A stretch of DNA of 64,000 nucleotides from Candidatus Saccharimonadales bacterium (GTDB taxonomy: Bacteria; Patescibacteriota; Saccharimonadia; Saccharimonadales; UBA10212), in NCBI GenBank assembly GCA_035480715.1, contig DATIHL010000011.1, forward strand, positions 14,722 through 78,721, given 5' to 3'. Below the pieces are notes generated by a model. That model did not search any database and was not told the origin of the DNA. It saw only the letters and a list, made by a program, of their open reading frames with translations. Position numbers and translations under genes: made by a program. The stretch's first letter is position 1. Each line of letters begins with the position of its first letter. This document shows, piece after piece, positions 49,032 to 58,600 of this stretch.

Positions 49032-52000
49032 ACCTTTTTTGTGTCAGGGGTGTCGTTAGAGCTGTCAGTTAATCTAACGGTAGTGTTTTTTGGAATTATT
49101 CCATATGTACAGCTTGTAGATGTTGTAGTACACAATACTACATTCGTATCTGTTCTAGTCAGAGTATAAGTTGTACCTGAGGTACCACCCGACCAACTTG
49201 CACTAATTTGAGTGGCCGTGTTTATGATTAGCGGCCCCACCGCCGCTTGCGTAAAATTTACGGTTACCGGATCGCTTGTCGAATCATAAAGAACACTATC
49301 CGTAACTTGTGCCGTAACTGTTCCGCTGCCACTTGATGTCGGATTATAGCTTAGCGATACCGTATCAGAAGGATCCGAGACGGATTTTGAGCCAACAAGC
49401 TGGCCATTTACGTAGAAATTAACTGTGCCGGGGTATTGCGAATACTGTGAATCATTAAATGGATGAGTGCCGGCCTGCACGAATGCTGTGAACGTACAGT
49501 TTGAGCTACAGTTCTGATCAGCCACTGTCAAAGTTATACTGGGCCGCGTGTCGCCGCAGCTATGTACATCATCCGACGTAGAAGTATCCGCTGAGGCAGA
49601 CGAGGCTCCCGCACCTGGTGGATAGAAGATATCCGCCGAGAAGCTGGTCGGCGCTGCACTACCACCCAAAGTCTGCTTAGCCAAAGTTGGTGTACAGTTT
49701 GTGGCCAGCTTACCAGATACTTTATCAATGGTGGCATTCTGATTACTGGCTCCTTTAGCTTTATACCATGACGGATAGATCTCGGTACTTGGAGTTGGTT
49801 CGACCGACCCGATACCGATGTGCGTACGCACGACATAGGCAGGCAGATGTTGTATATCCGAAGGCTCCGTCCAGTTTACTGCAGAAGTATGCAGCGAATC
49901 TAAAGCTGCAGTCATAAAACCGCGCGTCAATGGGGTGGTGGAGTATTCCATAGCACCAGAAAGAGCCTTATTGCGTGTATGGTAGCCAACCCAGCTGCCA
50001 ACAGCGAACTGAGTGTTCCAGGACATCATCAAACCATCAAAACCATTGGCCGTTGTTCCGGTTTTAATGGCATTGTTCCAGCCATTGTATCGATGCCACT
50101 TGTAGTATCCTGCCGGTAGGTAGCTGGCATTAGGGTCAGAGGCCATATTGTTTACAATATATGCCGCATCCGGCCTGACGGCTTGTTTAACATCGGCGTC
50201 GCCTTTTTTAGGTTGTTTCCATTCGTAGAAAGGCTTAGTGCTGCTTTTTGAGTCATAAAGTTTGAGGATGTAGGTCGCTGGGATTGCTTGACCCATGCGC
50301 GCCAAAGTGGCCAATCCATTGACATGCTGGTCCAAGTGCAGGTAAGCGCCATCACCGATAGCTGAAGCCCCATAGCACTGGGTTTCATCGGCTTTAGTGG
50401 CGGTATTGACATCCACTCCCGGGTTGTAGCACTTATATGCTCCCGGCGCGGACATCATCGAATTAGCAGTGCTTATAGTTTTATTGACAGAAGCTGTAGT
50501 ATTGCCTGCCACCGTTGATAGCATAGCTTTAACTGCTGGCACGTTTCTTGATCCACCCAGAGCGTAGCGTAATGTTTCTGGCCCCGGATAGCGAAAATCA
50601 TAATCCCACAAACAATTACCGCCAGAATTGCCCCCATTAAACGACGGCTTGGCTTTATTCGAACATGTGTATCCAGGAAGAGGTTGCTGGACGTCATATA
50701 ACACTGAACCTGCACCGGCGTTGGAAGTATTGTCTATTAAAGCAGCATAATCATATGGTTTAAAGCTCGATCCGGGCGAAATGTTGGTTTGAGCATAATT
50801 TATCTGACCGTGCTCAGCATTGCTAAAATCGGTACCGCCAACTAGTGCTATCATTTGTCCGGTTTTAACATCTTCAGCCACCAAAGCTTCTTCGTCGGCA
50901 CCGTGGGAGAGAGCGTTGGAACGGTTTTTCTGTACCACATCTTCTGCGATGTGCTGGAGGTTCATATCCAGAGTAGTAATAACTTTCCAGCCACCAATCT
51001 TATTCGAACCCGGTCCTTTGGGAGCCCACTTGTTAATAATTTCGTTCTTAGCTGCCAGTACAAAGTATGGCGCCTGAATACCAGCATATTTTGTTTGTTG
51101 GGGCTGCACTTCTGCTAAAACGTCGACATTCTTCGCATCAGCTGCTTCCTTTTTGGTTATCTTTCCTTGTGTCGCCATTTGATCTAGCACATAGTTATAC
51201 CGACCAAGAAATTCTTTCCGGTTAAAGTATTCGCCGCTATAAGGCGAGTAAAGACTGGGTGATTTAGGAATGGCGGCTAGCATGGCGGCTTCGGGTAGAG
51301 TCAAGTCTTTAGCGCTCTTATGGAAGTAGTCAGCCGCTGCTACTTGAACACCGTAGTCAATGCTCCCGTAGGGCGCAGCATTCAAATAACCTGTCAGTAT
51401 TTCGTCTTTGGTATAAGTTCGTTCAAGCTCGACCGCCAGAATCAGCTCCTTAACTTTGCGCGAGAATGTCCGCTGTTGTTGCCAGTCTTGAGTTAGCTTT
51501 ACCAGCTGCTGAGTAATGGTCGAACCGCCTTGAGTGCTGCCGTGATGAAGAGTATCGTTTAGGGCTGCCCTAGTTATGCCTCTAACGTCAAAGCCGCGAT
51601 GGTTATAAAAATCCTTGTCCTCGACTGCAACAGTGGCTTCCTTAACGTACTTAGAAATTTCTTCGGTTTGAACTGGTACGCGTTTAACAGCGTTGTAATC
51701 CTGCCAAAGCAGAACCTTGCCCGTGCGGTCATAATAACTAATGCTGCCGCCAAGGCTACTACCAGAAATATCCTTGATGTCAGGCAGATCTTTGCGGAAA
51801 TAGGCAAAGACGCCCAAAGTCAGAACAAATATAAACAGTACGGCAATCCCAGTAATCTTTAGCGCCATAATGCCGCCGTCGCGGCTAAGCCAGTATTCGG
51901 CTAAGCGTTTTGGATGCATTCGCCAGGCAAGTCTTTTAAGACGTGACTTTGGCAGGCCGCGCATCCGTTGCAGTTTGCGCAAGGTCTTGGCTTCTTTCAT

Positions 52001-52117
52001 GTGAGTGAAGCGTTCACCCATAGAGCGGTTAACCTTAAGCACGCGCCCAGTACGGGTCGTTATAGGCTTGCCGCGTCGCAAAGGTCGCTTTGGCATTCCA
52101 AAACCCTTCTTATTCAT
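49028..52117 (-). CDS. Class A penicillin-binding protein (bifunctional glycosyltransferase/transpeptidase) with a large Ser/Thr-rich C-terminal extension
   Basis: An N-terminal TM segment is followed by GT51 motifs (GGSTITQQLVK) and the transpeptidase SxxK (SSFKP) and KTG (KTGTT) motifs. The roughly 300-aa C-terminal region is S/T-rich with paired Cys residues. Confidence 0.85.
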   Translation of the reverse strand: MNKKGFGMPKRPLRRGKPITTRTGRVLKVNRSMGERFTHMKEAKTLRKLQRMRGLPKSRLKRLAWRMHPKRLAEYWLSRDGGIMALKITGIAVLFIFVLTLGVFAYFRKDLPDIKDISGSSLGGSISYYDRTGKVLLWQDYNAVKRVPVQTEEISKYVKEATVAVEDKDFYNHRGFDVRGITRAALNDTLHHGSTQGGSTITQQLVKLTQDWQQQRTFSRKVKELILAVELERTYTKDEILTGYLNAAPYGSIDYGVQVAAADYFHKSAKDLTLPEAAMLAAIPKSPSLYSPYSGEYFNRKEFLGRYNYVLDQMATQGKITKKEAADAKNVDVLAEVQPQQTKYAGIQAPYFVLAAKNEIINKWAPKGPGSNKIGGWKVITTLDMNLQHIAEDVVQKNRSNALSHGADEEALVAEDVKTGQMIALVGGTDFSNAEHGQINYAQTNISPGSSFKPYDYAALIDNTSNAGAGSVLYDVQQPLPGYTCSNKAKPSFNGGNSGGNCLWDYDFRYPGPETLRYALGGSRNVPAVKAMLSTVAGNTTASVNKTISTANSMMSAPGAYKCYNPGVDVNTATKADETQCYGASAIGDGAYLHLDQHVNGLATLARMGQAIPATYILKLYDSKSSTKPFYEWKQPKKGDADVKQAVRPDAAYIVNNMASDPNASYLPAGYYKWHRYNGWNNAIKTGTTANGFDGLMMSWNTQFAVGSWVGYHTRNKALSGAMEYSTTPLTRGFMTAALDSLHTSAVNWTEPSDIQHLPAYVVRTHIGIGSVEPTPSTEIYPSWYKAKGASNQNATIDKVSGKLATNCTPTLAKQTLGGSAAPTSFSADIFYPPGAGASSASADTSTSDDVHSCGDTRPSITLTVADQNCSSNCTFTAFVQAGTHPFNDSQYSQYPGTVNFYVNGQLVGSKSVSDPSDTVSLSYNPTSSGSGTVTAQVTDSVLYDSTSDPVTVNFTQAAVGPLIINTATQISASWSGGTSGTTYTLTRTDTNVVLCTTTSTSCTYGIIPKNTTVRLTDSSNDTPDTKKV

Positions 52118-52236
52118 TGAGTGATTTCATCTCCTACTAGGAATTCATTATACCAAAATGCTTAGGATGGGATAGGGTTGAGTCTCTTACGATATACTAT
52201 GATATAAGTAACGACTATTTAGCTGAGAAATAACTT

Positions 52237-53478
52237 ATGACTTTTAGTGAAGATTTAGCCCGGCGCGGACTGATAAAAGATAAGACTTTTTCCGATTTAA
52301 CCTGGCTTGATGAGCCAAAGATATTTTATCTAGGCGTGGATGCTTCGGCTGACAGCCTAACGATTGGTAACTTAGCAGCTTTCTTATTGGCGCGGCGACT
52401 ACTTGATGCAAACTGGAAAGCAGTACTGCTAGTCGGCGGTGCGACTAGTTTAATAGGCGACCCCAAAATTACCGAGGAACGTGAGCTCAAACCCCGCGAA
52501 GAGATATTAAAAAATGTAGAAGCCATAAAAAAACAGGTTGCCCAGTTGTTCGCGGGCGAGCATTTTACCCCAGCCGATAACTACGAATGGTTCAAGGACG
52601 TCAAATATTTGGATTTTCTCCGCGAAATTGGCAAAAGTTTTTCTATGACAGAGCTCATGCAGCGCGAGTTCGTCACCGAACGTATGGGTGAAGGTGGCAG
52701 CGGTATCAGTTATGCCGAGTTTAGCTATTCTTTGATTCAAGGGTACGACTACTGGCAGCTGTTCAAAAATCACGGCACTGTTTTACAGATTGGTGGTTCA
52801 GACCAATGGGGGAATATGCTTTCTGGCGTGGCACTGGTTCGCAAAAAAGAAGGCAAAGAAGTTCATGCTCTAAGCATGCCTCTGGTTGTTAATAAAGAAA
52901 CCGGTACTAAGTTCGGTAAAAGCGAGGGCGGGGCGATTTGGCTTGATCCCCAAAAGACCACACCAACCCAGTTTTACCAATTCTGGATTAACATAGATGA
53001 TGCCGACGTCGAAAATTACTTAAAAGTCTTCACGCTGCTGCCAAAAGAACAAATCGAGCAAGTGATATTGGAGCATAAGAACGATCCGGGCACCCGCAAA
53101 GCCCAAAACCTGCTGGCTGAGGAAGTGACTAAATTGGTTCACGGCCAAGACCAGAGTGGCTCGGCCACAGGAGTTACAAAATACTTAACAGGTCAAGCAT
53201 CTATAGGAGACGCTTCGGATGAAGACCTCGCTGAAATTAGAAAGGAAATCCCGCACACTACGGCTGGCGATGTCGGCAGCATCATTGATGCTCTGGTGCA
53301 GACAGAGTTGATACCATCAAATTCTATGGCTAGAACTGTGCTAAACAACAAAGGGATCTACGTAAATGGTCAAAATGTAACGAGAGACAGTTTCGAACCC
53401 AAAGATTTTCAAAATGGTCGTCTAATATTGCGCCGAGGCAAAGCCTATAAAGATTCTGCACTAATAGAGATCGAATAG
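52237..53478 (+). CDS. tyrS: Tyrosine--tRNA ligase with a C-terminal S4 domain; the HIGH signature is replaced by TIGN
   Basis: The GVDASADSLTIGNL stretch aligns with the canonical TyrRS GFDPTADSLHLGHL. The middle region matches TyrRS (QGYDYWQ ... LQIGGSDQWGN) and the KFGKS (KMSKS-type) motif is present. The C-terminus (LILRRGKAYK) is S4-like. Confidence 0.8.
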   Translation: MTFSEDLARRGLIKDKTFSDLTWLDEPKIFYLGVDASADSLTIGNLAAFLLARRLLDANWKAVLLVGGATSLIGDPKITEERELKPREEILKNVEAIKKQVAQLFAGEHFTPADNYEWFKDVKYLDFLREIGKSFSMTELMQREFVTERMGEGGSGISYAEFSYSLIQGYDYWQLFKNHGTVLQIGGSDQWGNMLSGVALVRKKEGKEVHALSMPLVVNKETGTKFGKSEGGAIWLDPQKTTPTQFYQFWINIDDADVENYLKVFTLLPKEQIEQVILEHKNDPGTRKAQNLLAEEVTKLVHGQDQSGSATGVTKYLTGQASIGDASDEDLAEIRKEIPHTTAGDVGSIIDALVQTELIPSNSMARTVLNNKGIYVNGQNVTRDSFEPKDFQNGRLILRRGKAYKDSALIEIE

Positions 53479-54252
53479 ATGGCCAAAACTAGTACCAAGA
53501 AAACTCGAAAGGCCGACCAGTACGACGATCCAAAGTATAATTATCAGGATTACTGGGCGGGACGTGAGTACGAACACTCGGCGGAAGAAATGGCCATCAA
53601 GCGCATGCTCAAAGGACTGCATTTTAAACATGCTGTCGATGTGGGTGGTGGTTATGGTCGCCTGAGCAAATTTTTGACCAATTTTGCCGACAAAGTTACA
53701 TTAGCTGAACCTAGCCAACAACAACTTGATATCGCCGCTATTTATCTTAAAGATACGCCACAAGTAGAGCAAAAGCTTCTGCAAGCAGCAGATTTAAAAA
53801 TGAAGGAATCTTCCGCAGACCTAGTCTTAGTTGTAAGGGTATTGCATCACTTGCCCGATCCGCTGGCCGAATTAAAAGAAATTTCTCGCATACTAAAGCC
53901 TGGCGGCATATTTATTTTAGAATTTGCCAACGATGCACACTTTCTAAACCGTATTCGCTACGGAATCAGGGGTAAGGGAGTACCTACGGCCCCCGTCGAT
54001 ATCCGCTCAGAAGCCAATAAAAAAGCCGGCGAGATTCCCTTCGTTAATCATCATCCCAAATACATTATTAAACTCCTCGGGGAGGCTGGTTTTGAAGTCG
54101 AAACTGCCCTGAGTGGCTCAAATCTACGCTCACCAAGCCTTAAAAAAGTCTTAGGCAAAAATGTTTTGCTTGGATTAGAGAAAGTTATGCAACCTATGCT
54201 AGCTCCAATCTATTTCGGCCCTAGCGTCTGGCTCCGCCTCAAGAAAAAGTAA
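53479..54252 (+). CDS. Class I SAM-dependent methyltransferase
   Basis: Motif I (VDVGGGYGRL) and motif post-II (ILKPGGIFILEF) are present. The gene is translationally adjacent to tyrS. Confidence 0.7.
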   Translation: MAKTSTKKTRKADQYDDPKYNYQDYWAGREYEHSAEEMAIKRMLKGLHFKHAVDVGGGYGRLSKFLTNFADKVTLAEPSQQQLDIAAIYLKDTPQVEQKLLQAADLKMKESSADLVLVVRVLHHLPDPLAELKEISRILKPGGIFILEFANDAHFLNRIRYGIRGKGVPTAPVDIRSEANKKAGEIPFVNHHPKYIIKLLGEAGFEVETALSGSNLRSPSLKKVLGKNVLLGLEKVMQPMLAPIYFGPSVWLRLKKK

Positions 54253-54273
54253 TAGCTTGTTACACTGTAGTTA

Positions 54274-56310
54274 GTGACACTATCAACACCGATTGATGAG
54301 CTTAAAGGGGTGGGGGATGAGCTGGCGAAGAAGCTGGTTAGCCTTGGAGTTAAAACTGTTGGCGATCTTATTACTAATTATCCGCGACGCTACGATGATT
54401 ATTCCAACGTTATAGCAATTAAAAGCCTGAGACCGGGCGATGTAACGCTAGAGGCGCAAATTAGCCACGTAAATGGCCGTTATGTGCGGCGTGGCATGCA
54501 TATTACCGAAGCCATAGCTGTAGATAAAACCGGTAGCGTGCGGCTTGTCTGGTTCAATCAACCATACCGGGCTGGCGCAATTAAAGCCGGGCAACCATAT
54601 TACGTATCCGGCGAGTATGCGCTTAGACGCGCTCGCTTTAGCATTATTAATCCTTCAGTTGAGTTGGTTAGCGATTTTCCGGTAAATACTGCCCGCATCA
54701 TCCCAATTTACCGTGAAACTAAAGGTCTAAAGTCTTTTACGATTCGTAAACTAATCAGACAGGCAATAACGGATACGGGAGAGCTGGAAGACCACCTGCC
54801 GGCATGGCTTATAAAAGAGCAAAAACTAATGAATTTTGCCGATGCGGTGATGGAAATGCACTTCCCAAGCTCGCCGGAGGCTCTGCAGAAAGCTAAGCGA
54901 CGTCTTGGATTTGAAGAAGTGTTTGAGCTAACGCTCGCTGCTTTGCTCAACAAATATGAACTCTATCAAAACAAAGCGCTAGCCATACCGTTTCATGAAG
55001 AGTTGGCGCGCGATTTTGTAGAAAAGTTGCCTTTTAAGCTGACTGATGCCCAACGAAAGACCACCTGGCAAATTTATCAAGATATGGCCAAAAGTCAGCC
55101 AATGAACCGACTTTTGGAGGGCGATGTGGGCTCGGGCAAGACAGTTGTAGCCGCAATGGCGGCATTGATGGCGCTGAAGCAAGGCTTTCAGGCAGCGCTA
55201 ATGGCTCCAACTGAGATTTTGGCTCGTCAGCACGCCGACAGTTTGTATAAACTACTGGCGAATGTTGATTATCAGAACCATGTAGGATTACTGATCGGAG
55301 GGTTAAAACCCAAAGAAAAGGCCGAAGCCAGAAAACGGATAGCGGAAGGCGATATTGGCTTAATGGTCGGTACTCATGCCCTGATTGCCGAGCAGGTAGA
55401 TATGCATAAACTCGGGCTGATTATTGTTGACGAGCAGCACCGCTTTGGCGTCGAACAGAGGAAGAAACTGCAAGCCAAAGCCGGCCACATGCCGCATGTA
55501 CTGCATATGACGGCCACTCCCATTCCGCGCAGCCTGGCTCTAACACTTTACGGCGAACTTGATATTTCGATCCTTGATGAAATGCCGCCCGGTCGCCAGT
55601 CGATCATTACAAAAATTTGGTCGCCTAATTCGCGCAAGCAGCTTAATGATCAGATAGACAAAGAGCTGGAAGCCGGCAGGCAAATGTTCGTGGTTTGCCC
55701 ATTGATCGAAGACTCTGAAACGAGCAACGGATTGTCTGTCGAAGAAGTTTATGAGCGGATCAGCAAACACGATTTTAAGCATCGAAAAGTAGGTTTATTG
55801 CACGGGCGTTTAAAGTCGGCCGAAAAAGACGCAGTTATGCAAAAATTCTTAAATCAGGAATATGATATTTTGGTCAGCACAACAGTTATAGAAGTCGGCG
55901 TAGATGTACCTAACGCTACGATCATGGTGGTTGAAGGCGCTGAACGATTTGGATTAGCCCAAATTCATCAGCTGCGTGGACGAGTGGGTCGCAGCGAGGA
56001 CCAAAGCTATTGTTATTTGATCCCGAGCGATAGTAGAGCTCCTAGCCAGCGCTTAAAATCACTAGAAAATACAACCGATGGCTTTAAGTTGGCCGAACTT
56101 GATCTGCAACTACGTGGACCAGGGGCCATTTATGGCAAGATGCAGCACGGCGCGCTTGATCTACGAGTGGCTAATTTAACAGATATAAAACTGATTGCCG
56201 CTGCCCGAAACGCCGCCCAAAAATTCATCGACCAAAAAGAAAACCTAGCTAGGTATCCGCATCTAGCACAACGTGTCTCTACGCTCCGGGCTATTACTAA
56301 CTTAAACTAG
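54274..56310 (+). CDS. recG: ATP-dependent DNA helicase RecG
   Basis: An N-terminal wedge/OB domain, SF2 helicase motifs (GDVGSGKT and DEQHRFG) and a C-terminal TRG motif are present. Confidence 0.9.
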   Translation: MTLSTPIDELKGVGDELAKKLVSLGVKTVGDLITNYPRRYDDYSNVIAIKSLRPGDVTLEAQISHVNGRYVRRGMHITEAIAVDKTGSVRLVWFNQPYRAGAIKAGQPYYVSGEYALRRARFSIINPSVELVSDFPVNTARIIPIYRETKGLKSFTIRKLIRQAITDTGELEDHLPAWLIKEQKLMNFADAVMEMHFPSSPEALQKAKRRLGFEEVFELTLAALLNKYELYQNKALAIPFHEELARDFVEKLPFKLTDAQRKTTWQIYQDMAKSQPMNRLLEGDVGSGKTVVAAMAALMALKQGFQAALMAPTEILARQHADSLYKLLANVDYQNHVGLLIGGLKPKEKAEARKRIAEGDIGLMVGTHALIAEQVDMHKLGLIIVDEQHRFGVEQRKKLQAKAGHMPHVLHMTATPIPRSLALTLYGELDISILDEMPPGRQSIITKIWSPNSRKQLNDQIDKELEAGRQMFVVCPLIEDSETSNGLSVEEVYERISKHDFKHRKVGLLHGRLKSAEKDAVMQKFLNQEYDILVSTTVIEVGVDVPNATIMVVEGAERFGLAQIHQLRGRVGRSEDQSYCYLIPSDSRAPSQRLKSLENTTDGFKLAELDLQLRGPGAIYGKMQHGALDLRVANLTDIKLIAAARNAAQKFIDQKENLARYPHLAQRVSTLRAITNLN

Positions 56311-56348
56311 TTTTTATTGCTCAAATAAGCTAAAATACCTCTGTTAAC

Positions 56349-56433
56349 GGGCGGATGGCGGAATTGGTAGACGCGCCAGGTTTAGGACCTGGTACCGCAA
56401 GGTGTGGAGGTTCAAGTCCTCTTCCGCCCACCA
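56349..56433 (+). tRNA. tRNA-Leu (anticodon TAG) with a long variable arm and encoded CCA
   Basis: A GGGCGGA / TCCGCCC acceptor stem, a CCAGG-TTTAGGA-CCTGG anticodon arm, a GGTTCAAGTCC T-arm and a 3' ACCA are present. Confidence 0.85.
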
Positions 56434-56445
56434 ACAGGAGAGTTT

Positions 56446-57189
56446 ATGGAATATCTAAGAGTAGATCACGAATCAAAGGTTCCGCCGATGAAGCGGATTG
56501 GAGTTGTCGGAGGCTTTAGCCAATGGGCCACGCATGACGTTATCGGGAGAATCTTAAAATACTCTGCCTCACGCATTCCTCAGTATGGGAACAGAGGATA
56601 TCCGCCTATGGATCAGAGGTGGGTAAATCGTGCGCCTATGAAGCTTAATACGGACGGGAGCATGCCTGCAAAACTCGAACCGTCAGATGAATTGCTTGCC
56701 GCAGCTAAGTTTGTGGGTAATGATTCGGATTTTTTAATTATTCCTTCGAACACTCCCCACTTCTTCAAAAAAGAAATTGAAGAAGCGGCAGGCAAATCTC
56801 TACTAAGTATAGTCGACTTGGCGATCGAAGAAGTTGCTCGCAGACAATCAGCAAAAGTTGGCATAATGGCAATTGGGCCGACGCTCAATAGACGGCTTTA
56901 TCAAAATCCGCTCGAGGAGAAGGGATTCACTACGGTCGTGCTCTCTCAAGAACTTTCAGAGAAATTGGACGAAGAAGGCGTATATGCCATCCAGGAAGGA
57001 GTTCCGGCAGGCAAAGTAGGTAAGGTTGCCTTTGAGGCACTATCGTATCTCCGAAAACAAGGCTCGGATTCGGTTATTCTTGGTTGTTCTGAGATTCCTA
57101 TTTTGCTTGGGGCAGACTCGGAAGCTCCATATATTATCAATCCCTCACAACTTCTCGCTGAGGCCGCCGTCGAAAAAGCACTTAGTTAG
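56446..57189 (+). CDS. Asp/Glu/hydantoin racemase-family protein (aspartate racemase-like)
   Basis: The start was placed at the ATG after the AGGAGAG RBS (MEYLRV), because the longer ORF start lies inside the tRNA. The sequence (RIGVVGGFSQWAT ... VILGCSEIPIL) resembles Asp/Glu racemases. Confidence 0.55.
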   Translation: MEYLRVDHESKVPPMKRIGVVGGFSQWATHDVIGRILKYSASRIPQYGNRGYPPMDQRWVNRAPMKLNTDGSMPAKLEPSDELLAAAKFVGNDSDFLIIPSNTPHFFKKEIEEAAGKSLLSIVDLAIEEVARRQSAKVGIMAIGPTLNRRLYQNPLEEKGFTTVVLSQELSEKLDEEGVYAIQEGVPAGKVGKVAFEALSYLRKQGSDSVILGCSEIPILLGADSEAPYIINPSQLLAEAAVEKALS

Positions 57190-57962
57190 GCTAGCTTCTT
57201 GAGTTCTTGGTAGCGGAGGGCGGAGGCAACTGAATAAAAGATTCCTAGGATGAACGAAATTAGCCAACCGATTAATGGAATAATACCTATCAGCGAGATA
57301 AGGAACATCACTCCAATAACACCCCAAACGCTACCAGAATAAGGTTTGCTCATGGCCGCACTGCGGTCCATGGCTTCGCGTATACCAACTTTTTTATCCA
57401 ACATTACATAGGGTGATAGAAAATACCTGCGAATAAATATTAAGCCAGGTACGACCAGTAGAAGTAGTCCTACTAATATAGTCAGACCAACTACTATATA
57501 TAGTCCTGCCATACGCCAACCAAGCTGCTTTGTAGTCTTCCAGATCCTATCGAATGTAACCGACTTGCCTTCTGATGCCTCTAACTGAGCTGCCTGGAGC
57601 ATAATTTGCACAATAAGCCCGCCAACTACTGCAATGATAAACCATAAAACAGAAAAACCTATAAAGGCGTAATTTGTATAAATTGGTGCGGGTGATGACG
57701 TCCATCCTGGGCCGATTGAGCTAAAATTACCCCACCAATGATGATGAGCCTCCGGTCCTGCCGGAGACCAAATCCAAGAATGAAGCATAAAAATCAGGGG
57801 CAGAATGTAGAGCGGCCCAAATATCCAGATGTTTTTAAGGACTAAATCGCGACTTTGACCAAACAAATCAAAAGACGGCGTCAAGTGGAGTGGCGAGCCT
57901 TGTCTTGGTCTGTTTTTGGCCATTTCATTAATAACTATCGCACTTCCTCCATTTCTAAGCAA
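57186..57962 (-). CDS. Hypothetical polytopic membrane protein
   Basis: About six predicted TM segments. No catalytic motif was recognised. Confidence 0.45.
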   Translation of the reverse strand: MLRNGGSAIVINEMAKNRPRQGSPLHLTPSFDLFGQSRDLVLKNIWIFGPLYILPLIFMLHSWIWSPAGPEAHHHWWGNFSSIGPGWTSSPAPIYTNYAFIGFSVLWFIIAVVGGLIVQIMLQAAQLEASEGKSVTFDRIWKTTKQLGWRMAGLYIVVGLTILVGLLLLVVPGLIFIRRYFLSPYVMLDKKVGIREAMDRSAAMSKPYSGSVWGVIGVMFLISLIGIIPLIGWLISFILGIFYSVASALRYQELKKLA

Positions 57963-57985
57963 TAAGAATAGCGTATACTTATTTC

Positions 57986-58576
57986 ATGGAATTGGAGCAT
58001 AGGCAAAGATATTTTGAAGCAGTTTATAATTACGCTGTCATGTTATTCCAAAGACATAACGAGATACGTGAGTTTAATGCAGGATTACTAAAGGCTTCTG
58101 GTCTAGCTCATAAAGCGTGGAGCACAGTACTGAAAGAGCAAAAATATGAAGCCTATATGCCGGTGTACAAGGCTAATAGAAGTGATACAAGGGTTGATGG
58201 TTTTGAATTAGGTACCCATTTTGGAGTGAGGTTGAGTCTTGACGACGAGTTGGCTCAAGGTGTCCAACCTTTAGATGTAATAGTAGTCGATTTTTCGGAG
58301 GGTAGATCTATTATTAACGAGTTTTCACACCATGCTTGGCCAATTGAATTAGTCGTGGAGTCAATGAGAAGCTCGAACGATTCAATAAATGATTTTCGGA
58401 GATGGCTGCCAACGGCGGAATTCGACTCTGAACAAATGGCGAGCTTAATGTCAGATTTGCGAATAATTGAAAGAAAGTGCAAGAATTACCTATTTCCTCA
58501 AAAAACATTATCAATAGGCAGACTTCTAGATCTTACAGGTGAGTCTATTACGCATAAAACATCTGAAGCTAACTAA
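57986..58576 (+). CDS. Hypothetical protein (196 aa, soluble); compositionally AT-richer than its neighbours
   Basis: The ORF has a protein-like composition but no recognised motif and no clear Shine-Dalgarno sequence. A TATACT -10-like hexamer lies at 57975-57980. Confidence 0.35.
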   Translation: MELEHRQRYFEAVYNYAVMLFQRHNEIREFNAGLLKASGLAHKAWSTVLKEQKYEAYMPVYKANRSDTRVDGFELGTHFGVRLSLDDELAQGVQPLDVIVVDFSEGRSIINEFSHHAWPIELVVESMRSSNDSINDFRRWLPTAEFDSEQMASLMSDLRIIERKCKNYLFPQKTLSIGRLLDLTGESITHKTSEAN

Positions 58577-58600
58577 ACAGAATGTATAATTAAAGCAATT

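Noticed and set aside
56404-56445. N-terminal extension of the racemase ORF
   Set aside because: It overlaps the 3' half of the tRNA-Leu. A good RBS and an ATG at 56446 give the real start.
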